Source: Pseudomonadota bacterium (lineage in GTDB: Bacteria > Pseudomonadota > Gammaproteobacteria > Burkholderiales > SG8-39). From it: a DNA stretch of 64,000 nucleotides. The DNA lies in contig CANGMI010000007.1 of assembly GCA_947455195.1 (NCBI GenBank), positions 212,875-276,874 on the forward strand, written 5' to 3'. Under the pieces are notes generated by a model. It was not told where the DNA came from and made no database searches. It worked only from the letters and a program-made list of their open reading frames with translations. The position numbers and the translations under genes were made by a program. Of this stretch, positions 31,254 to 40,673 are shown piece after piece; the first letter of the stretch is position 1; each line of letters begins with the position of its first letter.

Positions 31254-32486
31254 ATGACTGACGATTCATCCGGTTCGCCGGTGCGCCCTCCGAGTGATGA
31301 CACCCGTATCGTGCATGCCGGGCGCCATCCCGAAGACCAGCACGGTGCTGTCAATCCACCCGTGTATCACGCCTCGACCATCCTGTCGCCCAACATGGCC
31401 GATTGGCACGAGAAGGCACGTCTGCGTGCGCAGGATGTCATCGGCACCTTCTATGGACGACAGGGCACACCGACGACCCACGCGCTCGAGGAGGCCATCG
31501 CCGAACTCGAGGGGGGGTACCGTACCCTCGTGTACCCCTCGGGTCTTGCTGCCTGCACCGGAGCCCTCATGGCCTTCCTGCGTGCGGGCGACCATGTCCT
31601 GCTGGCCGACTGCGTCTATTCGCCAACCCGACACTTTGCCGACAGCTTTCTGACCCGGTTCGGCGTCGAGGTGGAGTATTTCGATCCAGCCATCGGTGCC
31701 GGCATCGATGCACTGCTGCGGCCGCGGACTCGCGTGGTGTTTCTCGAGTCGCCCGGCTCGCACACCTTCGAGGTTCAGGATGTACCCGCCATTGCGGCGG
31801 TGGCTCATCGGCACGATGCCATCGTCATCATCGACAACACCTGGGCCACGCCGCTCTACTTCAAGGCCATTGCCCACGGTGCCGACGTCTCGGTGCACGC
31901 GGCGACCAAATACATCGTCGGCCACTCTGACGCGATGCTCGGTCTCGTGACGGTGAACCAGGATGCCTGGCGTGCCTTGCGCGATACCCATCGGCAGATC
32001 GGCTTCAGTGCCGGGCCGGACGATGTGTATTTCGCCCATCGGGGCTTGCGCACCATGGCGGTACGCCTGCGACAGCACTGGCAGTCGGGTCTCGCCATCG
32101 CGCGCTGGTTTCTCGCCCAGCCTGAGGTGGCTGGTGTCATACACCCGGCTCTGCCGGGTGATCCGGGTCATGCCCTGTGGCAAAGAGACTTTCTCGGTGC
32201 TTCGGGCCTGTTTGGCGTGAAACTCGCCGCCGGCGTGCCGATCGCTGCGATGGAGTCGATGATCGATGCGCTGAAGCTCTTCGGGCTTGGCACGTCGTGG
32301 GGTGGTTTCGAGAGTCTGGTGCTCCCGACGGAACTGGCGCGCAGTCGTACGGCAACCGAGTGGGCGCCCCCCGGACCTGTCTTCCGGGTGCACGCGGGTC
32401 TCGAGGCGGTGGAAGATCTGATCGCCGACCTCGAGCGCGGGTTCGCGGCCTTGCGCGCCACCGTCAGCACGCATGCCACGCGTTGA
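31254..32486 (+). CDS. metC: Cystathionine beta-lyase (PLP-dependent, Cys/Met metabolism family)
   Basis: GTPTTHALEEAIAELEGG, the PLP-lysine context HAATKYIVGHSD and SWGGFESL near the C-terminus. Confidence 0.8.
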   Translation: MTDDSSGSPVRPPSDDTRIVHAGRHPEDQHGAVNPPVYHASTILSPNMADWHEKARLRAQDVIGTFYGRQGTPTTHALEEAIAELEGGYRTLVYPSGLAACTGALMAFLRAGDHVLLADCVYSPTRHFADSFLTRFGVEVEYFDPAIGAGIDALLRPRTRVVFLESPGSHTFEVQDVPAIAAVAHRHDAIVIIDNTWATPLYFKAIAHGADVSVHAATKYIVGHSDAMLGLVTVNQDAWRALRDTHRQIGFSAGPDDVYFAHRGLRTMAVRLRQHWQSGLAIARWFLAQPEVAGVIHPALPGDPGHALWQRDFLGASGLFGVKLAAGVPIAAMESMIDALKLFGLGTSWGGFESLVLPTELARSRTATEWAPPGPVFRVHAGLEAVEDLIADLERGFAALRATVSTHATR

Positions 32487-32584
32487 CCGGTTGTGGCGCT
32501 CGACGCTCGTGGATGGCGCGCCACCCACGGCGCCGCGTCACCCGGGGCGCCCGATGTCCCCGATGTGCGCCTGAACAAATGGAT

Positions 32585-33730
32585 TCAGGGCGCTACCCCA
32601 GCCCTCGTGCTGCCGAGCGTCTGTCCGTGTTCGAGAAAGTCCATCACGTGGTCGACTGTCGGTGTGCCACGGCGCTGATCGAGAGGGAGACTGCGTGGCC
32701 ACTCATGCCCACCCGCGTATGTCTCGAGCTGGATTCGTGCACCGCCTGCGCAACCCTCATGGCGAAGCTGCTCGACAGCGCCGAGCCGACTGGTCAACGG
32801 CGTGTCCTGGCAACCGGCTGTACGCGCCCACAATGACATGCCATCACTTGCGCCCAGCGTTGTCGCGCCATCGAGGAGTACGCTGGGCCCGCCCCGAAAG
32901 GGTGCTGCACGGTCTGCACGTCCGTGGATGAAGAGCGCCGGTACGGCACGGTTGGGCAGCGCCACGCTCACCGGTGCGCTGCCGCGCGTCTGGGTCGCGA
33001 TATTGCTGCCCACGATGGCAACGGCCGCAATCGTGGGTCCCTGCAGGGTGCCGGCCAGGTGCGCTGCAAAACTGCCCCCGGTGGAGTAGCCCACCGCGTA
33101 CACCCTTTGCGGGTCGAGACTCACGGTCAGCGCCAGGTCGCCAAGCATGGCCTCGATATAAGCAACGTCCTCGGCGTTGGCCTTCCCCGTCCCCAGTTGG
33201 GTCGACCATGAACGCGTCGGGGGCAAGGCTTCCGGGTACACCACCAGCCAGCCTTTCTGATCGGCTCTGGCACTGAAACCCCATCCGCGCGCACCCGCAG
33301 ACGAGCCACCGCGGCCATGCAGCACGATGAGCAGAGGTCTCGGAATGGCTGCGTCATAGCCGGTCGGCACGTGCAGCAGGTAGGTGCGTCGGGTCGAGTT
33401 CACCGTCAGTCGACGCACCGAGTCTCCGGGCTTGAGGGTCGGCAGACTCGAACTGGCGCGCGCCGGTGGCGGCGGAGCCGGGGCAGCGCGCGTATCGGGC
33501 GGTGGATCGATGACCAGAGGTTCCGGCATGGGTCGAGGCGGCGGGGCGGGCACGATGGTCTCGGTCTGAGGCGGACGTGGTACCGGGACGGGCGGCAGTT
33601 CGCACCCTGCCATCGCAAGTGTAGCCAGTGCGGCAAGCGCAGGCCGCGTCAGCCGTGACGCAGTGATTCCGGATGCCCCCCGGCGCTGCACGGACCCGTG
33701 CTGCCCCGGTCCCCTCGTGTGAACCCGCAT
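32585..33730 (-). CDS. Esterase lipoprotein, PHB-depolymerase/LpqC-like alpha/beta hydrolase
   Basis: Lipobox LAMAGC, a Pro-rich linker, then LLIVLHGRGGS and the nucleophile elbow AVGYSTGG. The ATG at 33730 shares one base with the upstream stop (TGATG). The ORF-track N-terminus (to 34168) overlaps the upstream gene. Confidence 0.65.
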   Translation of the reverse strand: MRVHTRGPGQHGSVQRRGASGITASRLTRPALAALATLAMAGCELPPVPVPRPPQTETIVPAPPPRPMPEPLVIDPPPDTRAAPAPPPPARASSSLPTLKPGDSVRRLTVNSTRRTYLLHVPTGYDAAIPRPLLIVLHGRGGSSAGARGWGFSARADQKGWLVVYPEALPPTRSWSTQLGTGKANAEDVAYIEAMLGDLALTVSLDPQRVYAVGYSTGGSFAAHLAGTLQGPTIAAVAIVGSNIATQTRGSAPVSVALPNRAVPALFIHGRADRAAPFRGGPSVLLDGATTLGASDGMSLWARTAGCQDTPLTSRLGAVEQLRHEGCAGGARIQLETYAGGHEWPRSLPLDQRRGTPTVDHVMDFLEHGQTLGSTRAGVAP

Positions 33731-34767
33731 CAGTTGCCGCGAGCCTCGAGCTCTGCACGTACGATACGCGTGCCGGCCACCATTGCCTCGAGCTTGGCAA
33801 AGGCGACGTCTCGCGGCAGATACTTCATGCCGCAGTCGGGCGCGATGATCACATCGTGGGCCGGGACATGCACCAGGCCTCGACGGATCCGCGACGCGAC
33901 GACCTCGGGAGTCTCGATCGCCATGTCGCTCAGGTCGATGACGCCGAGGATGACCTGCTTGCCGGGCAATTGCTCCAGTACGCTGGTATCCAGATTCGAT
34001 TGAGCGGTCTCGATCGATATCTGAGCACAGCGGCAATCCTTCATCTCGCCGAGAAACGAGTACCCGCTCGGGCGAACGTGAATCACGGCCGCGTAGCCAA
34101 AGCAGATGTGAACCGCGGTCGTGCCGGTGACACCGTCGAGCGCCCGGTTGAGCACGTTGACACCCCACGCGCGTGCTTCTTCAGGGCGAGCCTGCAGATA
34201 GGGCTCGTCGATCTGCACGATGTCGGCCCCCGCCTCGAAAAGGTCGCGGATCTCGGCGTTCACCGCGATGGCGTAGTCCATGGCAGCGGCCTCGCGGCTG
34301 CCGCCATAGAAGTCGATCTGCGCTTGCTGGGCCATGGTGAACGGGCCTGGCACGGTGATCTTGGTGAGTCGGCTGGTGTGGCGCTTCAGAAAACGCAGAT
34401 CTTCGACTTCGACCGCATGCCGACGCCGGATCGGCCCGATGACGCGCGGCACCGGGTTGGGGTGTCCGGACCGATCGAGCGCAGTACCCGGGTTGTCGAT
34501 GTCGACACCATCGAGCGCGGTCGCAAACCGGTTCGAGTAGCTTTCGCGCCGGATTTCGCCGTCGGTGACGATGTCGATGCCGGCTTCTTCCTGGGCGCGA
34601 ATGGCCAGGATGGTGGCGTCATCGAGAGCTTCGGCCAGATGGGCTTCGCCAATCCGCCACAGCTCGCGTGCTCTCACGCGCGGTGGAAACCGCGCCGCCA
34701 GGCGGACTCGGTCGATCAGCCATTCGGGTTGCGGGTAGCTGCCGACGAGCGTGGTGGGCAAGAGCAT
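33730..34767 (-). CDS. Short cobalamin-independent methionine synthase family protein (MetE C-terminal/Meth_synt_2-like, 345 aa)
   Basis: LPTTLVGSYPQPEWL, DIVTDGEIRRESY, zinc-ligand contexts HICFGY and APDCGMKY. GGGAG SD 7 nt upstream. Confidence 0.8.
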   Translation of the reverse strand: MLLPTTLVGSYPQPEWLIDRVRLAARFPPRVRARELWRIGEAHLAEALDDATILAIRAQEEAGIDIVTDGEIRRESYSNRFATALDGVDIDNPGTALDRSGHPNPVPRVIGPIRRRHAVEVEDLRFLKRHTSRLTKITVPGPFTMAQQAQIDFYGGSREAAAMDYAIAVNAEIRDLFEAGADIVQIDEPYLQARPEEARAWGVNVLNRALDGVTGTTAVHICFGYAAVIHVRPSGYSFLGEMKDCRCAQISIETAQSNLDTSVLEQLPGKQVILGVIDLSDMAIETPEVVASRIRRGLVHVPAHDVIIAPDCGMKYLPRDVAFAKLEAMVAGTRIVRAELEARGN

Positions 34768-34782
34768 GGGGTGACTCCCTGG

Positions 34783-36018
34783 TCAGGGCTGCAGGCCCTG
34801 GAAGATGCGTTCGCGCCCGAGTTTGATCTCGAAGCGCCCGTCGTACATGAAGATGTCGGCTGTGGCGTAGGTTTCGCTGTAGGCCTCGGGAATGAACGAC
34901 CCGGTGCCGACGACATCGACCGGCGCCCGGGCGTTGCCGAACATCTTGCACTTGAAAAGGTTGAATCCCGACGACCCGACGATGCGCGCGGCGCTGTAGC
35001 CCGCCCCGTCCAGGCTCTGGCGCAGCCGGATGATCGAGGCTACCGAAACGCCGGTGCCGAAGAGTACCCGTCGCACCCGGTCCTTCACGACGTTCATGGT
35101 GTCCGCGTCGAACGCTTCTTCGCCCATTACCTGGCGCACGGCTTCGTATTCGTTCTCGACGTGCAGCCATTGCGCGACGATCTGCACCGATGACTCGTAG
35201 TTGAGGCCCTCGGCAAACCGATCGCCATGGGTGTCGACGCGAATCGACAGAGGCCGCCGACTGCGTGCCGGGTCGGCAGCGACGTACTCGTCATACCACC
35301 ACCGGCAGACTTCGATCGCGTCGGTGTACTCACGCCCGTAGTAATCGACCAGCACCGTCAACGCGTCATCGGGGTGCGTTTCCATGTACATCTGTGCCGC
35401 CCGAAGGGTGGAGCCGGCGTAACCGATGAGCGCGTGCGGCATCGTGCCGATGCCCCTGGTCTGCCCATAGCAGGGCGCGGTGATGTCAAGCGATGTGCCG
35501 ACAAAGCCTGTCGCCCCGTTGAACTTTGCCATGCGGCTGCCGACCGCAGCCCCGTACGCGGCGAGGCGAGTCATGTCATCGCCCGAGGCATGTCGGGCGT
35601 GCATGTCGATGAATGCGACCTTGGGCAGGTTGAGCGCCATCTTGTAGGCGTTGTAGGCCGACACGCACGCCATGCCCACCCGCTGCAGCAGCAGGGTCTC
35701 CAGTTCAAGCAGTGCGGCCAGAGAACCGCTGTAGAGAAAGATCGGCTTCTGGTCAGGCACCACCGAGCCCTCTTCATAGAGGCGGCGGATGACCAGCGGG
35801 ATGGCATTGGTCGGGTAACGGCTGCGCAACAGGTCGAGTGCCGGATCGATGGCGCAGATCACCCGACGGCGCATGAAGACGCCATAGGTCACAGGGGTAT
35901 CGCCGAATCGTTCGACGACCTCGCGCGACTTGGTGAAGTACTTGTCGGTTCGCTCGCGAATGTACGCCGACAGCGATTCCTGCGACTGGGATGAGGGCTC
36001 CGCCATGGATGGGTTCAC
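34783..36018 (-). CDS. Nicotinate phosphoribosyltransferase-like (type II PRTase family) protein
   Basis: GIGTMPHALIGY motif and overall archaeal-type NAPRTase-like layout. Start uncertain: GTG at 36018 or ATG at 36006. Confidence 0.65.
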   Translation of the reverse strand: MNPSMAEPSSQSQESLSAYIRERTDKYFTKSREVVERFGDTPVTYGVFMRRRVICAIDPALDLLRSRYPTNAIPLVIRRLYEEGSVVPDQKPIFLYSGSLAALLELETLLLQRVGMACVSAYNAYKMALNLPKVAFIDMHARHASGDDMTRLAAYGAAVGSRMAKFNGATGFVGTSLDITAPCYGQTRGIGTMPHALIGYAGSTLRAAQMYMETHPDDALTVLVDYYGREYTDAIEVCRWWYDEYVAADPARSRRPLSIRVDTHGDRFAEGLNYESSVQIVAQWLHVENEYEAVRQVMGEEAFDADTMNVVKDRVRRVLFGTGVSVASIIRLRQSLDGAGYSAARIVGSSGFNLFKCKMFGNARAPVDVVGTGSFIPEAYSETYATADIFMYDGRFEIKLGRERIFQGLQP

Positions 36019-36243
36019 TGATCCGGGTGCTGGTCACATTGCGCTGCTCCCGCGGGGGAGCCTGCAGCGTGCCGACTGGTGGCTGCGGCCGCTCGCCGCA
36101 CAATCGAAGCGAGCCAGAACCGCCTGGGTGCCCCGATTATAAGACGACAAGCTGCGCCCGGTTTTGGCCTCGTCTCGGTGCATCGGGCCGATCGGGGAGG
36201 CGCTATCGTCCGACAGATCGTGTGTTCTCAACGGAGTCGGTTC

Positions 36244-36702
36244 ATGCGTCCTTCGAATTCGGGCCTCGCCGCCGTTGCAATCGCCCTGTCGGTCGGTTTG
36301 TCATTCTCGGGTTGCGCCTGGGTTGAGCCGCCACCCAGTCAGTCGATTGCGGTCCGCATGCTGCAGGCCGATGGCAACGAGATCGAACAGGCCCAGTGCC
36401 GGGCTTCGAATGATCGGGGGTCGTGGCTTTTCGAGGCACCTGGCCGGGTGCTGCTTCCGCGTTCGCCGGCACCCCTCGATGTCACCTGCCAATCGCGGCG
36501 CCAGACTGGGGCCGTGCGGGTGCTGGCGAAAGACGGCGTCTGGCATGTATCGCGTGTCGCGACGGTCGGTGGTCTGCACGAGATGATGGACCCGTGGCGC
36601 TACCGGCCCGTCGACTACCCGACATCGATCGATGTCATCGCTGGCGAGCGTCGTGGCTACTTCGAGGGCCTGCCCGCACCGGTGCCCATGATGGGCCGAT
36701 GA
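36244..36702 (+). CDS. Hypothetical lipoprotein
   Basis: Signal peptide with lipobox LSFSGC. No recognisable domain. Codon usage looks native. Confidence 0.5.
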   Translation: MRPSNSGLAAVAIALSVGLSFSGCAWVEPPPSQSIAVRMLQADGNEIEQAQCRASNDRGSWLFEAPGRVLLPRSPAPLDVTCQSRRQTGAVRVLAKDGVWHVSRVATVGGLHEMMDPWRYRPVDYPTSIDVIAGERRGYFEGLPAPVPMMGR

Positions 36703-36717
36703 GGCCGGGTGGCCTCA
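36700..36717. terminator. Stem-loop between convergent genes (TGAGGCC-gggt-GGCCTCA)
   Basis: Perfect 7-bp stem that includes the lipoprotein stop codon, located between the lipoprotein (+) and typA (-) ends. No clear U-tract. Confidence 0.3.
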
Positions 36718-36733
36718 TCGAGCGATCAGAGGC

Positions 36734-38566
36734 TCAGTTCGCTTCGGCGCGTTCCGGAGTGCGCTCGGCGCGACGACGCTCGTGCTCCTTCAGGAAGCGC
36801 TTGCGGATGCGAATGGTCTGCGGGGTCACTTCGACCAGTTCGTCGTCGTCGATGAACTCGACGGCGTATTCCAGCGTGAGCTTGATTGGCGGGGTGAGAA
36901 GGATGTTCTCGTCCTTGCCGGCGGCGCGCACGTTGGTGAGCTTCTTGGTCTTGATCGGGTTCACGACCAGATCGTTGTCGCGGCTGTGGATGCCCACGAT
37001 CATGCCTTCATAGAGCAGTTCACCCGGTCCGACGAAGAGGCGGCCGCGCTCCTGCAGCGTGAAGAGGGAGTAGGCCACCGCAGGGCCTTCTTCCTGCGAA
37101 ATGAGCACGCCATTGCGCCGACCGCCGATATCTCCCTTCACCGGTGCGTAGGCATCGAAGATGTGGCTCATGAGGCCGGTGCCACGTGTGAGGTTCATGA
37201 ATTCGTTCTGGAATCCGATGAGGCCACGCGCCGGAATGCGGTAGTCAAGGCGCACGCGGCCCTGGGCGTCGGACACCATGTCGACCAGATCGCCGCGGCG
37301 TGTGCCCAGCGCTTCCATCACCGGACCCTGATGGCCGGTTTCGACATCGACCGTCAGGTTTTCGTATGGCTCGCAGACTTCGCCATCGATCATGCGGGTG
37401 ATGACCCGCGGGCGACCGACTGCCAGTTCGTAGCCCTCGCGGCGCATGCTCTCGACCAGAATCGTCAGGTGCAGTTCACCACGCCCCGACACCTGGAAGA
37501 CGTCGGTGTCGGCGGTGTCTTCGACCTTGAGCGCCATGTTGGTCAGCAATTCGCGCTCGAGGCGCGCGCGGATCTGTCGGCTGGTGACGTACTTGCCCTC
37601 GCGACCCGCGAAGGGCGAGGTATTCACCTGGAAGTTCATCGTGAGCGTGGGCTCATCGACCCGAAGCGGCGGCAGCGACTCCGGACGTTCGGGCGCCGTA
37701 ATGGTGTCACCGATCGACAATTCGCTGATCCCGGTAATGAGGACGATGTCGCCTGCCAGGGCTTCGGTCATGGGCGCGCGCTCGAGCCCTTGAAAGCCCA
37801 ATACCTGGTTGATTTTTTCCTTGCGCGGGTTGCCAGTGCCGTAGACAACCGCCACTTCGCTTGCCGGGCGGAGACGACCGCGCTTGATACGGCCGATGCC
37901 TATGCGTCCGACATAACTCGAGTAGTCAAGCGCACTGATCTGCAATTGCAGCGGGCTGTCGGTGTCGGTGTCGACCGGCGCCGGCACGTGCTCGAGAATC
38001 GTGTCGAACAGGGGGGTGAGCGTGGTGCCCACTTCAGAGGGGCTCATCGAGGCCCAGCCCTGCAACGCGGAGGCATAAACGACCGGGAAGTCGAGTTGCT
38101 CTTCGGTCGCGCCGAGCTTGTCGAACAGGTCGAACGTGCTGTCGACGACCCAGGAGGGACGCGATCCGGGCCGGTCGATCTTGTTCACGACGACGATCGG
38201 GCGCAGTCCGAGTTGCAGCGCCTTGCGAGTCACGAACCGGGTTTGCGGCATGGGCCCTTCGACCGCATCGACCAGCAGCACCACGCCATCGACCATGCCG
38301 AGCACCCGTTCGACCTCACCGCCGAAGTCGGCATGGCCGGGCGTATCGACGATGTTGATGTGGATTCCCTTGTATTCGACCGCGCAGTTCTTGGCAAGAA
38401 TGGTGATGCCGCGTTCCTTCTCGAGGTCGTTGGAGTCCATCACCCGCTCGGTCATGCGTTCGTGAGCGGCAAAGGTGCCGGCTTGCTGGAGCAGTTTGTC
38501 GACCAGCGTGGTCTTGCCGTGATCGACGTGGGCAATGATGGCAACGTTGCGGATGGCGCGCGACAT
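36734..38566 (-). CDS. typA: Translational GTPase TypA/BipA
   Basis: [40 protein letters not shown] and NKIDR. Full length, about 610 aa. The ORF-track start at 38611 adds 15 aa. Confidence 0.95.
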   Translation of the reverse strand: MSRAIRNVAIIAHVDHGKTTLVDKLLQQAGTFAAHERMTERVMDSNDLEKERGITILAKNCAVEYKGIHINIVDTPGHADFGGEVERVLGMVDGVVLLVDAVEGPMPQTRFVTRKALQLGLRPIVVVNKIDRPGSRPSWVVDSTFDLFDKLGATEEQLDFPVVYASALQGWASMSPSEVGTTLTPLFDTILEHVPAPVDTDTDSPLQLQISALDYSSYVGRIGIGRIKRGRLRPASEVAVVYGTGNPRKEKINQVLGFQGLERAPMTEALAGDIVLITGISELSIGDTITAPERPESLPPLRVDEPTLTMNFQVNTSPFAGREGKYVTSRQIRARLERELLTNMALKVEDTADTDVFQVSGRGELHLTILVESMRREGYELAVGRPRVITRMIDGEVCEPYENLTVDVETGHQGPVMEALGTRRGDLVDMVSDAQGRVRLDYRIPARGLIGFQNEFMNLTRGTGLMSHIFDAYAPVKGDIGGRRNGVLISQEEGPAVAYSLFTLQERGRLFVGPGELLYEGMIVGIHSRDNDLVVNPIKTKKLTNVRAAGKDENILLTPPIKLTLEYAVEFIDDDELVEVTPQTIRIRKRFLKEHERRRAERTPERAEAN

Positions 38567-38672
38567 GGGGGCAGGAGAGTCCTGAGAACTGCGGGGGGAG
38601 GGGAACTGCAAAACCCGTCGAGCATAGCATTTTGTTGCGGCGCAGTGAAGGCCTGTCGGATAGGATCACGGC

Positions 38673-39578
38673 ATGGCCCATGAAGACGACGCCCTGCTGA
38701 TAGACCAGTTCATCGACCAGGCATGGCTCGAAGAGGGGCTCGCCCGGAACACGCTGGAGGCTTATCGGCGCGATTTGCGCCAGTTTGCCGATTGGCTGCA
38801 GCGCGAGGGACAGTCGGGTCTTGCAGCTGCCAGCCCGACCGCCATCAACGGGTACTCCGCGTGGCGCCATCAGAAGGGACGTATCCGCGCCTCGACGCAG
38901 GCCCGATTTCTGGCGAGTCTGCGTCGCTTCTATGCCCAATTGCTGCGACGGCGGCTGGTCGAGCGTGATCCGACCCGCGACATCTCGCAGCCCCGCCTGC
39001 CTTCGCGCTTGCCCAAGTCGATTTCAGAGGCAGATGTCGAGCGTCTGCTCGGCATACCCGATGTCGATACGGTGTCCGGGTTGCGCGACCGCGCGATGCT
39101 CGAGACGCTCTATGCGACGGGCCTGCGTGTGTCCGAACTGGTGGGGCTCAGGCTCGGGCAGATGAGTCTCGATGCAGGCGTAGTGCGGGTGTTCGGCAAG
39201 GGATCCAAGGAACGCATGGTGCCGCTCGGCGAGGAAGCCGTGATCTGGATCGGGCGCTACCTTGCGACCGCGCGCCCTGCGCTTCTCGACGGCGGCACGG
39301 CTGACGAGGTGTTCGTCACCGCGCGCGGGGCTGGCATGACGCGTCAGGCGTTCTGGTACCTCATCAAGCGCCATGCAGCCAGGGTCCGTGCCGACTGGGC
39401 CTTGTCGCCCCACTCGCTGCGACACGCGTTTGCAACGCACCTGCTCAACCACGGGGCCGACCTGCGCGTGGTGCAGATGCTGCTCGGGCATGCCGACATC
39501 TCGACAACGCAGATCTACACGCATGTTGCACGCGAGCGGTTGCGCCAGTTGCACGAGAAGCACCACCCGCGAGGCTGA
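38673..39578 (+). CDS. xerD: Site-specific tyrosine recombinase XerD
   Basis: LRDRAMLETLYATGLRVSEL, HSLRHAFATHLL and LGHADISTTQIYTHVARERLRQLHEKHHPR, the XerD-type C-terminus. Confidence 0.85.
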   Translation: MAHEDDALLIDQFIDQAWLEEGLARNTLEAYRRDLRQFADWLQREGQSGLAAASPTAINGYSAWRHQKGRIRASTQARFLASLRRFYAQLLRRRLVERDPTRDISQPRLPSRLPKSISEADVERLLGIPDVDTVSGLRDRAMLETLYATGLRVSELVGLRLGQMSLDAGVVRVFGKGSKERMVPLGEEAVIWIGRYLATARPALLDGGTADEVFVTARGAGMTRQAFWYLIKRHAARVRADWALSPHSLRHAFATHLLNHGADLRVVQMLLGHADISTTQIYTHVARERLRQLHEKHHPRG

Positions 39579-39620
39579 TGCACGTTGATGCGCACGCGCT
39601 TCGCCGGCTCCCGATGCCGC

Positions 39621-40673
39621 CTAATCGGCAGTGGCGCCTGACTCGCGGATGATGCGCCCGAGTCGGACCAGATCGTTTCGAATCAGGGTGCCGAACTGCT
39701 CGCTCGAGCCCCCGGCCGGGTCGAATCCGAGCGCAGCGATACGCTCGATCACGCCCGGCTGTGCCAGTGCCCGACGGGTTTCTGCGTTCAGTCGCTCGAT
39801 CACTTCGCGCGGCGTACCAGCCGTCGTGGTGAGACCGAACCAGGCCGATATGTCGTACCCGGCAAGGCCCGCCTCGGCGATCGTGGGGACATCGGGCAGT
39901 ACGCTCGAGCGGCGTGCCGAGGTGACCCCGAGCGCACGCAACCGGCCGTTGCGGATGTACTGCAGGGCGGCCGGTATGTTGTCGAATGTCATCTCGATGC
40001 TGCCGCCGATGAGGTCGGTGAGTGCCTGCGCCGCCCCCTTGTAGTGGATCGGCCCCACCTTGACGCCGGCCATGGCATTGAACATCTCGCCCGCCAGGTG
40101 TCCGGTGGATCCGATCGCCGGGGTGCCAAAGTGCAGTGCCCCGGGGCGCGCTCGGGCCAGCGCCACCAGTTCGGACACGCTCGTGACGCCCAGCGCCGGG
40201 TTGACGACCAGCACGTTGCCCGAGGTGGCGAGCAGGATGACCGGTGCCAGGTCCTTCTGCGGGTCATAGGGAAGCCTGGCGTAAAGGGAGGGGTTCGTCG
40301 ACAGGGTCATGCCGCTCAGGCACAGGGTGTAGCCATCGGGCGCCGCCTTGGCCACGAAATCGGCGCCGATATTGGTGTTGGCGCCGGGCTTGTTGTCGAT
40401 GAGTACGGGCTGGCCGAGTTGATCGGCGAGGCGAGATGACACGGCGCGGGCGAGAAGGTCGGCGGTGCCGCCCGCGACGGCAGGAACGACGAGCCGAAGC
40501 GGGCGGCTCGGCCAGCCATCGGCCAGCGCATCGTGGCCAGTGAGCAGGCCCGCGACGAGCAGGGCGGGTCGAAGCAGGGCCGATCCGGCGTGCATCAACC
40601 TGAGGAGATCAGACCCGATGCGGCAAGACCCGACCGCGATCAACGAAGTCGGATTGGGGCAGGCGCGTTTCAT
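39621..40673 (-). CDS. Bug family (TctC-like) tripartite tricarboxylate transporter substrate-binding protein
   Basis: WPSRPLRLVVPAVAGGTADLLAR and the conserved Bug C-terminal region. ATG at 40673 overlaps the folB stop (ATGA); an alternative start is at 40595. The ORF-track start at 41066 runs through folB. Confidence 0.8.
   Translation of the reverse strand: MKRACPNPTSLIAVGSCRIGSDLLRLMHAGSALLRPALLVAGLLTGHDALADGWPSRPLRLVVPAVAGGTADLLARAVSSRLADQLGQPVLIDNKPGANTNIGADFVAKAAPDGYTLCLSGMTLSTNPSLYARLPYDPQKDLAPVILLATSGNVLVVNPALGVTSVSELVALARARPGALHFGTPAIGSTGHLAGEMFNAMAGVKVGPIHYKGAAQALTDLIGGSIEMTFDNIPAALQYIRNGRLRALGVTSARRSSVLPDVPTIAEAGLAGYDISAWFGLTTTAGTPREVIERLNAETRRALAQPGVIERIAALGFDPAGGSSEQFGTLIRNDLVRLGRIIRESGATAD

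Noticed and set aside
33731-34168. N-terminal extensions offered by the ORF track, for example 32585-34168, 39621-41066, 45892, 49934, 18068, 10944 and 11632
   Set aside because: The extended parts overlap the preceding, well-supported gene or are Arg/Pro-rich with no homology-like features. Internal starts match the conserved protein N-termini, signal peptides or SD sequences.
36019-36140. Cobalamin or SAH riboswitch upstream of the MetE-like operon
   Set aside because: I looked for the B12 box and the conserved SAH-element strings on the minus strand. Only vague resemblances turned up (CAGGCTC, GAGCAGCGC). That is not enough to call a known riboswitch class without a covariance-model scan.
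36782-38683. 633-aa plus-strand ORF opposite typA. Similar long shadow ORFs lie at 5785-7560, 33673-35193, 59682-61112, 43741-45063, 31266-32528 and 18755-19996.
   Set aside because: Each is antisense to a conserved, recognisable gene (typA, murA/hisG, the MetE-like and PRTase genes, the leuC/leuD-like genes, dnaG, metC, petB). None shows a domain signature.
38673-39578. Tyrosine recombinase as a phage or island integrase
   Set aside because: The sequence has the XerD-specific C-terminus (LGHADISTTQIYTHV...LHEKHHPR) and the chromosomal context of a housekeeping dif recombinase.
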